Made by a program: the position numbers and the translations under genes | In this document: positions 55,089 through 64,000 of the stretch, one piece after another | How positions within the stretch are numbered: position 1 is the first letter of the stretch | Layout of the letters: each line of letters starts with the position of its first letter | DNA from: Candidatus Latescibacterota bacterium | GTDB lineage: Bacteria > Latescibacterota > UBA2968 > GCA-2709665 | Direction: 5' to 3' | Assembly (NCBI GenBank): GCA_963662665.2 | Contig: CAXXJS010000025.1 | Location: forward strand, 1-64,000 | DNA: 64,000 nucleotides | Notes under the pieces: model-generated | Told to the model about the DNA's origin: nothing | Seen by the model: only the letters and a program-made list of their open reading frames with translations | The model's database searches: none

Positions 55089-57431
55089 TCACTGCCCTGA
55101 AACCACGCCCCTGTCCCGGAGCACATACGTGTGACCCTGGACCACCAGCCGCGCCAGTCCTTCCGAGCGATGGCCGCCGTATTCCACGCCGTCCCGACCG
55201 CCAACAAGCACAAGGTCGTCCCCGATCCGCGCCACTTCCGTTTCGCCCGATCGCTCGGTCTGTACTCCAGGCCGATCCAGCAATGCATGTCCCGGACACA
55301 ACACAACCCCCAGGTTGCGCCGGCTAACCAGACCGGAGGTTGTAAACCGCAGGTGGTACTGCTGGTGCCACTGCGATTCGTCCTTGCCGGTCCGCATCGG
55401 CGGGGGGTCCCATCCCTCGCTCAGCGAGAAGAACGCGTTGTTGTGGTACATGAAATGCCCTTCAAGGGAACTCCCTTCACGTTCCAGCAGGAAGGTCCTT
55501 CTCTCTTCGTTTACCGAAAATCGGTTCCAGGAGTGGATATTCCACTGGAGCGCCGAGTCGATGCCAGGAACCGCAACGAACTCGTCAATCATCACGAAAC
55601 AGCTCTGAGGCTTCAGGAAGAAAACGTGCCGCCGGCACCGTTGGGCGCGGTCGCTGTAGCTGGCGTCCGCGTTGCCTGCAAAATAGACGATCCGCTCGTC
55701 CTCGAACGCGTTTTCTATTTTCCCGAGCGAGTTGTGCGACCGCATGATCTGGGAGGCATCCGAAAGCGTGACGCAGTTGTGGGACTTGGTGTGCCATACC
55801 CAGTGGGTGTGATGGTCGGAACCGTACCCGATATAATAGCCGCTGGGCATCGCCATCACCTTGCCACCGGCGTGCAGGATAAAATCGTTGTTGTTTGCGT
55901 GGGAATGGCTGATGGCGCCAAGCGGAGAAGAGCGAAAGATCAGCGCAACATCCCGTGCGGCGTCGTTCAGGTTCGTCCGGACCGCGGCCCATCCAGCGGC
56001 CGGGAACACGCGAAACATCGACTCCTCCGCGCCGGTCATCGGACGTGCTTTGTCAACTTGCGCCAGGAAGAGCTGCGACATCACGCCCGAGCTTCGCCGC
56101 TCCGCAGGCGTCTGCATCTCCTCTGCCTCCGCCCGGAAGGATTCCACGTATCCCGTGAACTCATCGGTATCCGTCTCGCGCCCGATCAGGTCCACCAGGT
56201 CCGCATTGGACCGCCACGTACCGGCCCAGCGCTCCGTATGGTCGCCAAATCCCATCCACTCCGCGTAGGGCGGCAGACAGTACTGGCGCCACCGGGCGTG
56301 GTTCTTCCAGAAGGGTCTCCGGTAGAGATCCACCCCGATACCCCGCTTCAGCGCCGAGGCGAACATCGTCATAATTGTCACATAAGCCAGTCCGTAGGAG
56401 GGACCTTCCGCCCACGCACCGTCGTCGCCCGCCCAGATCGGCCAGATGCCGCAGAGCACCGGCCTTAGCCATTCCAGCCACGCCTGCGCTTCGGGAATAT
56501 GCTCGTGAAACACCAGCGCGATGTGCGCAAGGAACACGATCTCGCGCCCGGCATGCGAGTCGAAACGCGTCACCCCGTAGGACCCCCTGTTGTGCATATG
56601 GTCGAATGTAATTCGCCCGCGCTGCCGGAACTGCGCCACAACGGCCTCGCGTTCCTGTTCCGTAAACCGGTCCCACACCCAGTCGCAGGCGTTCGAGCCG
56701 TTCCAGATCACCGACATGTGGGCTTCGTCATTGTGGGGGAGGTGGCTGGACCCCTCCGGATCCCATCCGGATATGGACGCCATCCTCCGGCACGCGGCGC
56801 GGGCGTACCGGTCCTCTCCGCCCACCAGATATGCCAGCGCCAGGGTCTCCGCGCCTTTGACGAAGCGCCTGGATTCCCACATCACCGGCGCCCAGGTCTC
56901 GTGATATTTCTGATAGTTCTCGCTGCGGTCCGGGAGAAAGGGCGGCTCGTCGATCTCGTGCGGTTCGGCCAACACGGCTTCGGCGCTCCTTCGCAGGCCT
57001 TCCCACGCCTGTGCGCCGTCGCCGGCGGCGGCTGCCCGAAGCGCAGGCAACTCCTCCGGCCGCACATAGATCCGCGGGTGTTCAGCCGGGAATCGCTTCA
57101 GCCACTCGCCAGCCGGCGGCACCTCCACCACCGCGGCTTCGGGCCTGATCTCAAACGCGAAAACCTCGGAGATCGCGGCAGGTCCCGCGGACCAGCGCCA
57201 GAAATACCTTCCAGGTTCAAATGCCGTATCGGGAAGGAAAAGGGGATCCTTAAGTCCGTCCTTATCCAGAACGACCTTTTCAAAGCTCAAATCTCGCGCC
57301 ACCTGCAGGCGATAGCCCGACGCGGAGTCCACGGGAAGCCAGGTAAAAACAGGGGGATTGGCTGCCGGCCTGGCGCCGTCCCTGGGTTGGCGCGGGTCCT
57401 TGTGCGGGTGCGGATGTCTGTGTTCCTTCAT
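55089..57431 (-). CDS. DUF4962 + heparinase II/III family protein, cytoplasmic
   Basis: NPPVFTW, HPRIYV, HNDEAHM, DDGAWAEGPSY, FRSSPLGAISHSHANNNDF, HTKSHNCVT; no signal peptide. Confidence 0.8.
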   Translation of the reverse strand: MKEHRHPHPHKDPRQPRDGARPAANPPVFTWLPVDSASGYRLQVARDLSFEKVVLDKDGLKDPLFLPDTAFEPGRYFWRWSAGPAAISEVFAFEIRPEAAVVEVPPAGEWLKRFPAEHPRIYVRPEELPALRAAAAGDGAQAWEGLRRSAEAVLAEPHEIDEPPFLPDRSENYQKYHETWAPVMWESRRFVKGAETLALAYLVGGEDRYARAACRRMASISGWDPEGSSHLPHNDEAHMSVIWNGSNACDWVWDRFTEQEREAVVAQFRQRGRITFDHMHNRGSYGVTRFDSHAGREIVFLAHIALVFHEHIPEAQAWLEWLRPVLCGIWPIWAGDDGAWAEGPSYGLAYVTIMTMFASALKRGIGVDLYRRPFWKNHARWRQYCLPPYAEWMGFGDHTERWAGTWRSNADLVDLIGRETDTDEFTGYVESFRAEAEEMQTPAERRSSGVMSQLFLAQVDKARPMTGAEESMFRVFPAAGWAAVRTNLNDAARDVALIFRSSPLGAISHSHANNNDFILHAGGKVMAMPSGYYIGYGSDHHTHWVWHTKSHNCVTLSDASQIMRSHNSLGKIENAFEDERIVYFAGNADASYSDRAQRCRRHVFFLKPQSCFVMIDEFVAVPGIDSALQWNIHSWNRFSVNEERRTFLLEREGSSLEGHFMYHNNAFFSLSEGWDPPPMRTGKDESQWHQQYHLRFTTSGLVSRRNLGVVLCPGHALLDRPGVQTERSGETEVARIGDDLVLVGGRDGVEYGGHRSEGLARLVVQGHTYVLRDRGVVSGQ

Positions 57432-57496
57432 GGCGTTACCTCGCGAATATTTAATTGGCGCCTGTTAGAGTAATACCCGTTTCCAGAACGCCCGCC

Positions 57497-58477
57497 TCAC
57501 ACCCTTGCAAGCGACGCGACGGGCTCCGGCCTGCCGTTTTCGATGCTTCGCCCTGCCTGGATCATCATCAGTGTGGCCATCAGCCCGTCCACGTGGTCCG
57601 CGGGCATTGGCGCGCCGGTTCTCAGCGCCTCGACGAACAACCGGTTTTCCTCAACGAATCCACCCTCTTCTCCGCGGAAAACCACCGGCTCCTTTCCGGT
57701 CTCCGTATATGTCAGCGTACAGAACCGGTCGGAAAGCAGCACGGAGCGGTTTTCCGAGAAAATCTCCATGAATAGCTTGCTCGTCAACGCCGGTTGATTC
57801 GCGTCTCCCTGAATCCAGCAGCCTGCCGCGCCGTTCTCAAACCTGAACGTCGCCGTCAAATTGTCCAGCCTGCCGTTTGCCTGATAGTAGTTCCCGCCCG
57901 CCGCGTAGACCTCTTGCGGATTCGATCCTGCCGTGTACCTCAGCAGATCACAGGAATGGCATCCCTGGCTATATACGTTGCCCCCACCCAGAATCGGATC
58001 GTTCGCCCAGGTATTCCCCCACCGGTTGTCCATCATCTGCATCACCACCATCAACGGCTCGGGGATCAGTTCCCTGGCCTTCTGTACCATTGGATAGTAC
58101 CGCATCTTGAAGGCCGTAAAAAGCTGAATCCCCTCCCGCTCCACCGCATCGCCGATCCTCCGGCAGTCCTCAACCGTCAGCGCCAGGGGCTTTTCCACCA
58201 GGATGTGCTTTCCCGATTCCGCCGCCCGGATACAATAGTCGGCATGGGTGTCGTGGTGAGTGCAGATATAGACGGTATCCAGCGAGTTGTCCGAGAGGAC
58301 GCGGCCGGCATCGTCGGTGGCGTAATCCCCGCCATAGCGCGTGCACAACGTGCGCGCCTTCTCTTCGATCACGTCGCAGAACGCCGCCATGCGTATGCCC
58401 TCAAGCCCGGCAACCGCCTCGCTGTGAACGCCGCCGATCGCTCCGCAACCGATCAGTCCCGCGCGAAGTTCCGTCAT
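57497..58477 (-). CDS. Gfo/Idh/MocA family oxidoreductase
   Basis: AGLIGCGAIG, GKHILVEKPL, GGGNVYSQGCHSCD. ATG 58477 after GGGAGGA. Confidence 0.9.
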   Translation of the reverse strand: MTELRAGLIGCGAIGGVHSEAVAGLEGIRMAAFCDVIEEKARTLCTRYGGDYATDDAGRVLSDNSLDTVYICTHHDTHADYCIRAAESGKHILVEKPLALTVEDCRRIGDAVEREGIQLFTAFKMRYYPMVQKARELIPEPLMVVMQMMDNRWGNTWANDPILGGGNVYSQGCHSCDLLRYTAGSNPQEVYAAGGNYYQANGRLDNLTATFRFENGAAGCWIQGDANQPALTSKLFMEIFSENRSVLLSDRFCTLTYTETGKEPVVFRGEEGGFVEENRLFVEALRTGAPMPADHVDGLMATLMMIQAGRSIENGRPEPVASLARV

Positions 58478-58588
58478 TTCGGGTTTCCTCCCTGTGGTCG
58501 ATGATGCCTGGGTATCTGAAAGACAACTACAAAAGCCGTCGTGCAGGCGCCGGGAACCCTTCTGAAACCTAGGAAGGGTGCGCAGACG

Positions 58589-58620
58589 CAAGTAGGGCGC
58601 AGCGTTCTGCGCCCTACTTG
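58589..58620. repeat. GTAG-type REP-like hairpin; may act as a terminator or stabiliser downstream of the GWxTD gene
   Basis: CAAGTAGGGCGCAG-CGTT-CTGCGCCCTACTTG, a perfect 14-bp stem. Confidence 0.65.
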
Positions 58621-58669
58621 TTTCCGTCCCGTCACGGGTGGGGCGTGACTGACGTTGCCGCACTATGAA

Positions 58670-61141
58670 TCAGATCCCGTAACGGAACTGAATCTCGCGG
58701 GTGTCGCTCTTTCCGCTGACCCTGTCCCTGATCTTCACCTCCAGGACCTGCACGCCCGGCTTGGCTTTGTCAAGGTCGATTTCAAAGTACTGCTGTTCGG
58801 TGGTGGCGGTTCCCGCGTGGTCGTACGCAACCGACACCTGCGTCTTCCTGCGCTTGAAAAGCGAAGTGATGGCGCCAACGACGCCTTCCGACTGCCCGAC
58901 GACGTTTCGGACGACGTATTTCACCTCGTAATCGGTCTGCCCGAAACGGTTTTTCTTGAGGTTGTAAATTTCGTAGTAGGCATATACCTTCTGCGCCTCC
59001 CTGTAATTCCTCGTGGGCATCGGTACGACCCGGATATCGCCCTTCTTGAATTTGCCCGCCGAATCCGTTTCGCGGATCTCCGAAGCCAGCAGGATATCGC
59101 TGATCTTGAGCTTCTCGACGTTATAGTCTGGAACCTCGACAGCCTGCTTGTAGAGCCCGGTGTATCCCGAGGCCAGGTCCTTGATCTGCACCTGGAGTTC
59201 GTATTTCCCCGGCGGCACGCCGGTCTTGAGCATTTCCGGAAGAAACGCGCCTCTGATCCTGTCGAAGTCGGCCCGTCCTTCGTAATTGAATTCCCGTGTG
59301 TCCCGATAAATCGTTGTGTGCCCGGCGTCGGCCAGGGCCATCGCGCACTGGACGCGGACTTGCGCGGAATCCGCCTGCTCGGCAATTTCGACCTGTTCGG
59401 GCGGAATGCCGTAATAGACTTCAACGTTCGTCTCCCCGTCGGAACCCTGGAAGTTGGCAAGATCGTAATAGAAGTTCAGCGCGGGACCCTGGATACCCGG
59501 CCGGTAGTAGTCGGGCGTCTCGTCCCTGGCATTCTGGTAGATGATCTCAGGCGCGTAATTGACCAGACGGGTCACGTTGACGAGCTGCCTCTCCAGGGAG
59601 GTAACTGGTGGAATCGGGGCGAAATTGAATACGCCGCTCTTGTTCTCGTCCGTAAACACGATCTCGATACCACCCTGAATCTGCGTATAGATCCAGGTTT
59701 CCCAGGGTACGGTGGCCATATCGGTGTGAATCGTCACCGGAATGTAGTCGCCGAACTTGATCCGGGCGATCTGATTTCCGAACTCATCGAACCGCGCCCC
59801 GTCCTGGTCATCGTAGTCGCTCCGGGTCAGCGGTGCGGTCAGCGGCGTTCCTTCCAGGTCCCGTTCCTGAAATTCCTCTTCATCCGCGGCATCGGTATTG
59901 CTGGTGAATCCGTCGTCCTGAAAACTGGCGTCGCGCTGATCGGCGGAACCGAAACCATGGAGTTCGTCAAGCGTTCGCCGGGTAATGGGATGTCGAAACG
60001 CCCGGATGGGAAACACCGGACCGGTAAACGTCATAAAGGAAGCCTCGGCGCCGTAGAGACTGGATGCCATGCGCATACGGACCGCCTCCACGTCCGGCGT
60101 CTGCGTCAGATCGCGATGATAGGACCGCGACCGGTAGTTCGGCTTCCCGTATCGGATATAGACCTCCCCCCGCTTGTCCCAGGGAGAAACCTTCTCGGCA
60201 AAATAAGCGCGCGCATACCAGACTCTCCGGTAATGTTCGACCACGCGTTCGTTGACGCGGGTCATCATATCGGGGTCGCGCCGGAGCCAGAACCGCTCCA
60301 CGTAGGCCTCACGTTCCGATTTGTCCGACAGCGCCTCATATTCCCGAAGTTCCTCGGAAGAAGCGGCATTTGCGATATCCGTGTAGAGGGCGCTTTCCTC
60401 CTTTCCCGAACGCTCCAGGTAACGCTCGAAGTACTTCTGCGCTTCTCCGTACTCTTCCTCGAAGAAGTATCCCTGCGCGATAATCGGCAGCAGCCGGGTC
60501 TCCTCGTCGAGCGCCTCGACGTGGGGAAAAATGTAGTCGGAGATCTTGTCGTAGGCTTCCGCCTCGATACACGCCAGGCCGAAATAATACAGGCCGTCCG
60601 GATCGTCCGGCACCTTTTCCAGGTAGGTCTCGAAATACCCGAGCGCCTTTTCGTGGTCCTCTTTGAAACGCGCATGCGCCTCTCCCAGCGCCCGGTAGGC
60701 CAGCGCCTGGCCGGAATCCAGTTCGATGGCTTTCTTTGCTTCACCAACCGCCCGGCGGAAGTTATGCAGGGCGCTGATCCCCTTGGCGGGAATCTCGGCG
60801 TAGGAGAGCGCGAGTCCCGCGCGGGCCGCGGCATTTTCCTTGTCCAGCTTAAGTGCCGATTCAAACGACCTCTTGGCTGTCACGAAGTCCTGGATTTTGA
60901 GTTGCGCGTAGCCCAGACGCGTGAGTATATGCGCATCTTCGGGAAAGGACTCGGCAAGCCGGGACAAGGTGGCCACGGCCTCGCTGTGTTGGCGGTCTTC
61001 CGTCTGGCGTTCCGCAACGGCAAACAGCGAATCTCGCGTTGAAAGCGCGCCCGCCGCAGGCGATACACTCAGTGCAACCAGCAGGAACGGAATGAAGCGT
61101 CGTGGATGAAGGACAGGCTGGAATCGATATCCGGTTTTCAT
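58670..61141 (-). CDS. TPR + GWxTD-domain-like secreted protein
   Basis: Signal peptide, N-terminal TPRs, FWLRRDPD...NE...EHYRRVWYA...WDKRGEVYIRYGKP, WETWIY. Confidence 0.8.
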   Translation of the reverse strand: MKTGYRFQPVLHPRRFIPFLLVALSVSPAAGALSTRDSLFAVAERQTEDRQHSEAVATLSRLAESFPEDAHILTRLGYAQLKIQDFVTAKRSFESALKLDKENAAARAGLALSYAEIPAKGISALHNFRRAVGEAKKAIELDSGQALAYRALGEAHARFKEDHEKALGYFETYLEKVPDDPDGLYYFGLACIEAEAYDKISDYIFPHVEALDEETRLLPIIAQGYFFEEEYGEAQKYFERYLERSGKEESALYTDIANAASSEELREYEALSDKSEREAYVERFWLRRDPDMMTRVNERVVEHYRRVWYARAYFAEKVSPWDKRGEVYIRYGKPNYRSRSYHRDLTQTPDVEAVRMRMASSLYGAEASFMTFTGPVFPIRAFRHPITRRTLDELHGFGSADQRDASFQDDGFTSNTDAADEEEFQERDLEGTPLTAPLTRSDYDDQDGARFDEFGNQIARIKFGDYIPVTIHTDMATVPWETWIYTQIQGGIEIVFTDENKSGVFNFAPIPPVTSLERQLVNVTRLVNYAPEIIYQNARDETPDYYRPGIQGPALNFYYDLANFQGSDGETNVEVYYGIPPEQVEIAEQADSAQVRVQCAMALADAGHTTIYRDTREFNYEGRADFDRIRGAFLPEMLKTGVPPGKYELQVQIKDLASGYTGLYKQAVEVPDYNVEKLKISDILLASEIRETDSAGKFKKGDIRVVPMPTRNYREAQKVYAYYEIYNLKKNRFGQTDYEVKYVVRNVVGQSEGVVGAITSLFKRRKTQVSVAYDHAGTATTEQQYFEIDLDKAKPGVQVLEVKIRDRVSGKSDTREIQFRYGI

Positions 61142-61156
61142 GATATGCCCTTTGTC

Positions 61157-62890
61157 TCAATCCGCCGCGGGTACAGCTCTCAGCGGCGTACTGGCAACAA
61201 TACCGCTTCCCTCCCTAATGGTCACCGTCTGCCCGGATGAAACTTTGTTGATTCGCTCTACGCGTCCGGAAGGCCAGTCCACCTCGATTTCATCGGCAAA
61301 ACGCCCGCCAGCCAGCCCGAACGTCAATATCTGTTCACTTTGCGAACAATAACTCGACCCGGCCCGCACGTAACGCGTCTGCACCCCCGCGCCTGACCGC
61401 ACACGAACGGTCGCGCCGATCCCGTCCCGGTTGGACCACGACTGATCTCCGTCCGGCTTCCGGAGCCCGGCGATCGCGGGCGTACCGCCGCCGATCAACC
61501 TGACTCTAAGGCACTGATTCCGGCTGCCGCCGTCGTTGCGTAAAAGCGCGGGACGGCCGTTGTTGGAGGACACGAGCACGTCCAGGTCGCCGTCGCCGTC
61601 ATAGTCGGCATATGCGGCGCCGCGCCCCACCCTGGGATCGGACAGATCGCCGCTTGTCGAACCCACTTCCGCAAAACTGCCGTCCCCCCTGTTCCTGTAA
61701 AGTAACGGGCGCTGGGCATGGCTGAGATGGGACTTGACCTCGCTGATCCGGTTGTCCACGTGTCCGTTTGCCGCGAAGAGATCCAGGCGGCCGTCCAGAT
61801 CGTAGTCGAAAAAGAAGACCCCGAAGGTGACAAACGGCGCGCTCGGGTGACCTATGCCCGAAGGCAGAGTTTTATCTGTGAAATACGCTCCATCCTGATT
61901 CTGGAACAGCGAGATCATCTCGAAGGCGAAATTTCCAACGGCCACGTCCTCCCTGCCGGCGTTGCGGAGATCTCCGGCGTCGACCCCCATACCCGACTTC
62001 GCCTCTCCGGCGGCGCTGTATGCCACGCCCGAAAGAAGCCCATCCTCCGTAAACGTGCCGTCCCCGTTGTTCCGGAACAGATAGTCCGGCATCGTGTCGT
62101 TGGACATCAGGATGTCGGACCATCCGTCGCCGTTGTAATCCATGGCGACGGCGGACATGCCCTTTCCCGGCTTTGCGCCGATTCCGGATGCGTTCGTGAC
62201 GTCCTTGAAACCGTCTCCGTCGTTGCGGTATAGCCGCGAGTACACGGGATCGTACAGCTGCGGGGCATAAGACCGTCCGCTGGAACGCGCCGACAGCCAG
62301 TCGTCCCGCTCCGCGGTCCACTGAAGGTAGTTTCCCACGAACAGGTCCAGGTCGCCGTCCCGATCGAAGTCCACCCAGACCGCGCACACGCTCCACGTCG
62401 AATCCCCCACCCCCATCTGCGCCGTGACGTCGTCAAACCTTCCATTCCCCTGATTCCGGTACAGCCGGTTGGCGCCAAGGCCGGCCACGTACAGGTCGCT
62501 GTCTCCGTCGTTGTCATAGTCTCCGGCCGCGCAGCCCATCCCGTACATTGGCTGATCCAGCCCTGCCCGGGCCGTCACGTCCGAAAAGCGTCCGTCTCCA
62601 TTGTTCCGGTAAAGCGCCATCGTGGGCGGCGGCTCAGATCCGCGTTCGTGCAGCGGGGCGCAGTTGATAAGGAGAATATCCGCATCCCCGTCGCCGTCAT
62701 AGTCCCAGAACGCGCATCCGGACCCCATCGATTCCGGCATATACTCCCTTCCGGACCCGCCGTTGTCGTGCATGAACCGGATCCCGGCGGACCGGGTTAC
62801 ATCCTTGAAGACCACCCCCTGCGCAAGGCTGTTTCCTTCAATGCCCATCGAGAACACGAAAACCGTAAATATAATCCTTGAACGTCTCAC
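61157..62890 (-). CDS. CRTAC1-family FG-GAP protein with ASPIC/UnbV C-terminal domain
   Basis: FKDVTRSAGI, repeated DYDxDGDxD, LYRNxGDG, SNRDGIGA...GSSYCSQ...FGL...WPSG. GTG 62890 overlaps the upstream TGA. Confidence 0.88.
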   Translation of the reverse strand: MRRSRIIFTVFVFSMGIEGNSLAQGVVFKDVTRSAGIRFMHDNGGSGREYMPESMGSGCAFWDYDGDGDADILLINCAPLHERGSEPPPTMALYRNNGDGRFSDVTARAGLDQPMYGMGCAAGDYDNDGDSDLYVAGLGANRLYRNQGNGRFDDVTAQMGVGDSTWSVCAVWVDFDRDGDLDLFVGNYLQWTAERDDWLSARSSGRSYAPQLYDPVYSRLYRNDGDGFKDVTNASGIGAKPGKGMSAVAMDYNGDGWSDILMSNDTMPDYLFRNNGDGTFTEDGLLSGVAYSAAGEAKSGMGVDAGDLRNAGREDVAVGNFAFEMISLFQNQDGAYFTDKTLPSGIGHPSAPFVTFGVFFFDYDLDGRLDLFAANGHVDNRISEVKSHLSHAQRPLLYRNRGDGSFAEVGSTSGDLSDPRVGRGAAYADYDGDGDLDVLVSSNNGRPALLRNDGGSRNQCLRVRLIGGGTPAIAGLRKPDGDQSWSNRDGIGATVRVRSGAGVQTRYVRAGSSYCSQSEQILTFGLAGGRFADEIEVDWPSGRVERINKVSSGQTVTIREGSGIVASTPLRAVPAAD

Positions 62891-63999
62891 TTTTTTCGCG
62901 ATTTCTCCAGCCGATTCAGTCTTGCCATCGCGTCGGCGACCCACGCCTCCTGCCTTGAATCCTTCCGGGCAAGTCTCAGATACGTCCGCCAGTGGTAAAT
63001 CGCGCTATCCACGCCGCCCGTCCGTTCGTGAATGATGCCCAGATTGTAATGTCCGTCGGCAAAATCCGGCGAAACACCGATCGCGCGCCCGTAGGCCTTA
63101 ATTGCCGCACGGTAGTCTCCGAGATTGAAATACGCGTTGGCCAGGCCCGCGTAGCGCATCGCGTGCTGGTGTCCTGCCACCGACCGGGTGTACGCTCCCT
63201 GATGCGCGTCGACGACCGACACAACCGAATCCGGCGGTGCGTTATCGGGTTTCAGCCGGATGGCCTCCCTGTACGAGGGCGCCGCCTCCGCGTACCTTCC
63301 CTGCCGGGAGTATGCATTGCCCAGGTTGTAGTGTGCTTCGGCAAGGTCCGGATCCAGCCGGATGGCCTCCAGTTGCCGGAATACGGCCCTCTCAAAGTCT
63401 CCGGTGAGCATGTGGACGAGCCCCAGATTCGCATGGGCCTCGGCGTAATCCGGCATCAGCGCAACGGCCTCGCCATATGCGGCACGCGCCTCCTCGACTT
63501 TTCCCCGATCCAGAAACTGTGTGCCCCGGGCAACCTGCTCCGCGGCGGCCTGGCAGCGGGAAACCGCCCCCAGGAATAGCGATTTCATCGGTTCGCCGGA
63601 ATAAGGCGACCCCGCGGCGGCGGCCCGCCGGTATGCCGCCAGCGCGTCCCCGTACCTGCGCTCCCGCGCATCCATCAGGCCCAGCAGATAGAAAGCCCCG
63701 GCGAAATCGGGTGCAGCCGCCAGGGCCTCACGCAGGCGCGCGGCCGCACGACCCATTGCCCGCTTGGTCAGATTCCAGCCCGGCCCACTTCCGGTTCGGT
63801 TCCTGGCCATGAGTCCGGCGGCCTCGGAAAATGGTGGATACGCGCCTTGCGTCGCCCCCACCCCGAATCCCGCCTTTGTCACCGGCGCCAGACCGGTCGC
63901 CGCATGCAACCGGGCGGCTACGCTGTCCTCCAGGGCGGTACCGGATGCCACGGCGGCGAAAGGTCGAGTACACGAGACGCAAACCGCGAGCAGTCCCAG
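62887..63999 (-). CDS. TPR-repeat protein (5'-partial)
   Basis: Multiple TPRs (AEAHANLG, AEAHYNLG, ADGHYNLG). The frame is open to the window edge with a signal-like LGLLAVCVSC. Confidence 0.8.
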   Translation of the reverse strand: MGLLAVCVSCTRPFAAVASGTALEDSVAARLHAATGLAPVTKAGFGVGATQGAYPPFSEAAGLMARNRTGSGPGWNLTKRAMGRAAARLREALAAAPDFAGAFYLLGLMDARERRYGDALAAYRRAAAAGSPYSGEPMKSLFLGAVSRCQAAAEQVARGTQFLDRGKVEEARAAYGEAVALMPDYAEAHANLGLVHMLTGDFERAVFRQLEAIRLDPDLAEAHYNLGNAYSRQGRYAEAAPSYREAIRLKPDNAPPDSVVSVVDAHQGAYTRSVAGHQHAMRYAGLANAYFNLGDYRAAIKAYGRAIGVSPDFADGHYNLGIIHERTGGVDSAIYHWRTYLRLARKDSRQEAWVADAMARLNRLEKSRKK

Positions 64000-64000
64000 C

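Overview
GC-rich bacterial window, about 35 protein genes, almost all on the minus strand. No rRNA, tRNA, CRISPR array or transposase was recognised. The gene repertoire (dockerin-like DFDGDGTVGFSDF domains, GWxTD, ASPIC/UnbV, several PhyH and Gfo/Idh/MocA genes, DUF6785-like membrane proteins) suggests a Latescibacterota/Gemmatimonadota/Poribacteria-like organism, possibly a sponge symbiont; this is inference only. Most of the window is a carbohydrate-catabolism region with no SusC/D pair. It has four paralogous ~1240-1290 aa heparinase-like/beta-propeller proteins, two DUF4962-heparinase II/III proteins, one Cys-cluster heparinase-like protein and five Gfo/Idh/MocA oxidoreductases. The best candidate for an undescribed system is a ~17 kb operon at 19768-37114. 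In it, two DUF6785/OPT-like membrane proteins flank a 1570 aa fusion of a PA domain, a degenerate M28 peptidase fold and a MacB/FtsX permease, followed by two giant lyase-like proteins and an oxidoreductase. A lower-GC defence-like island at ~43.8-49.4 kb encodes a DNA methyltransferase, a membrane protein, a NucS-like nuclease with an EVE-like domain, and DarTG. Intergenic DNA carries a ~130 bp heptamer-ended element in two copies and composite REP-like elements, one ending exactly where brnT is truncated. Several pseudogenes are present. All family assignments come from motifs read by eye, not from database searches.
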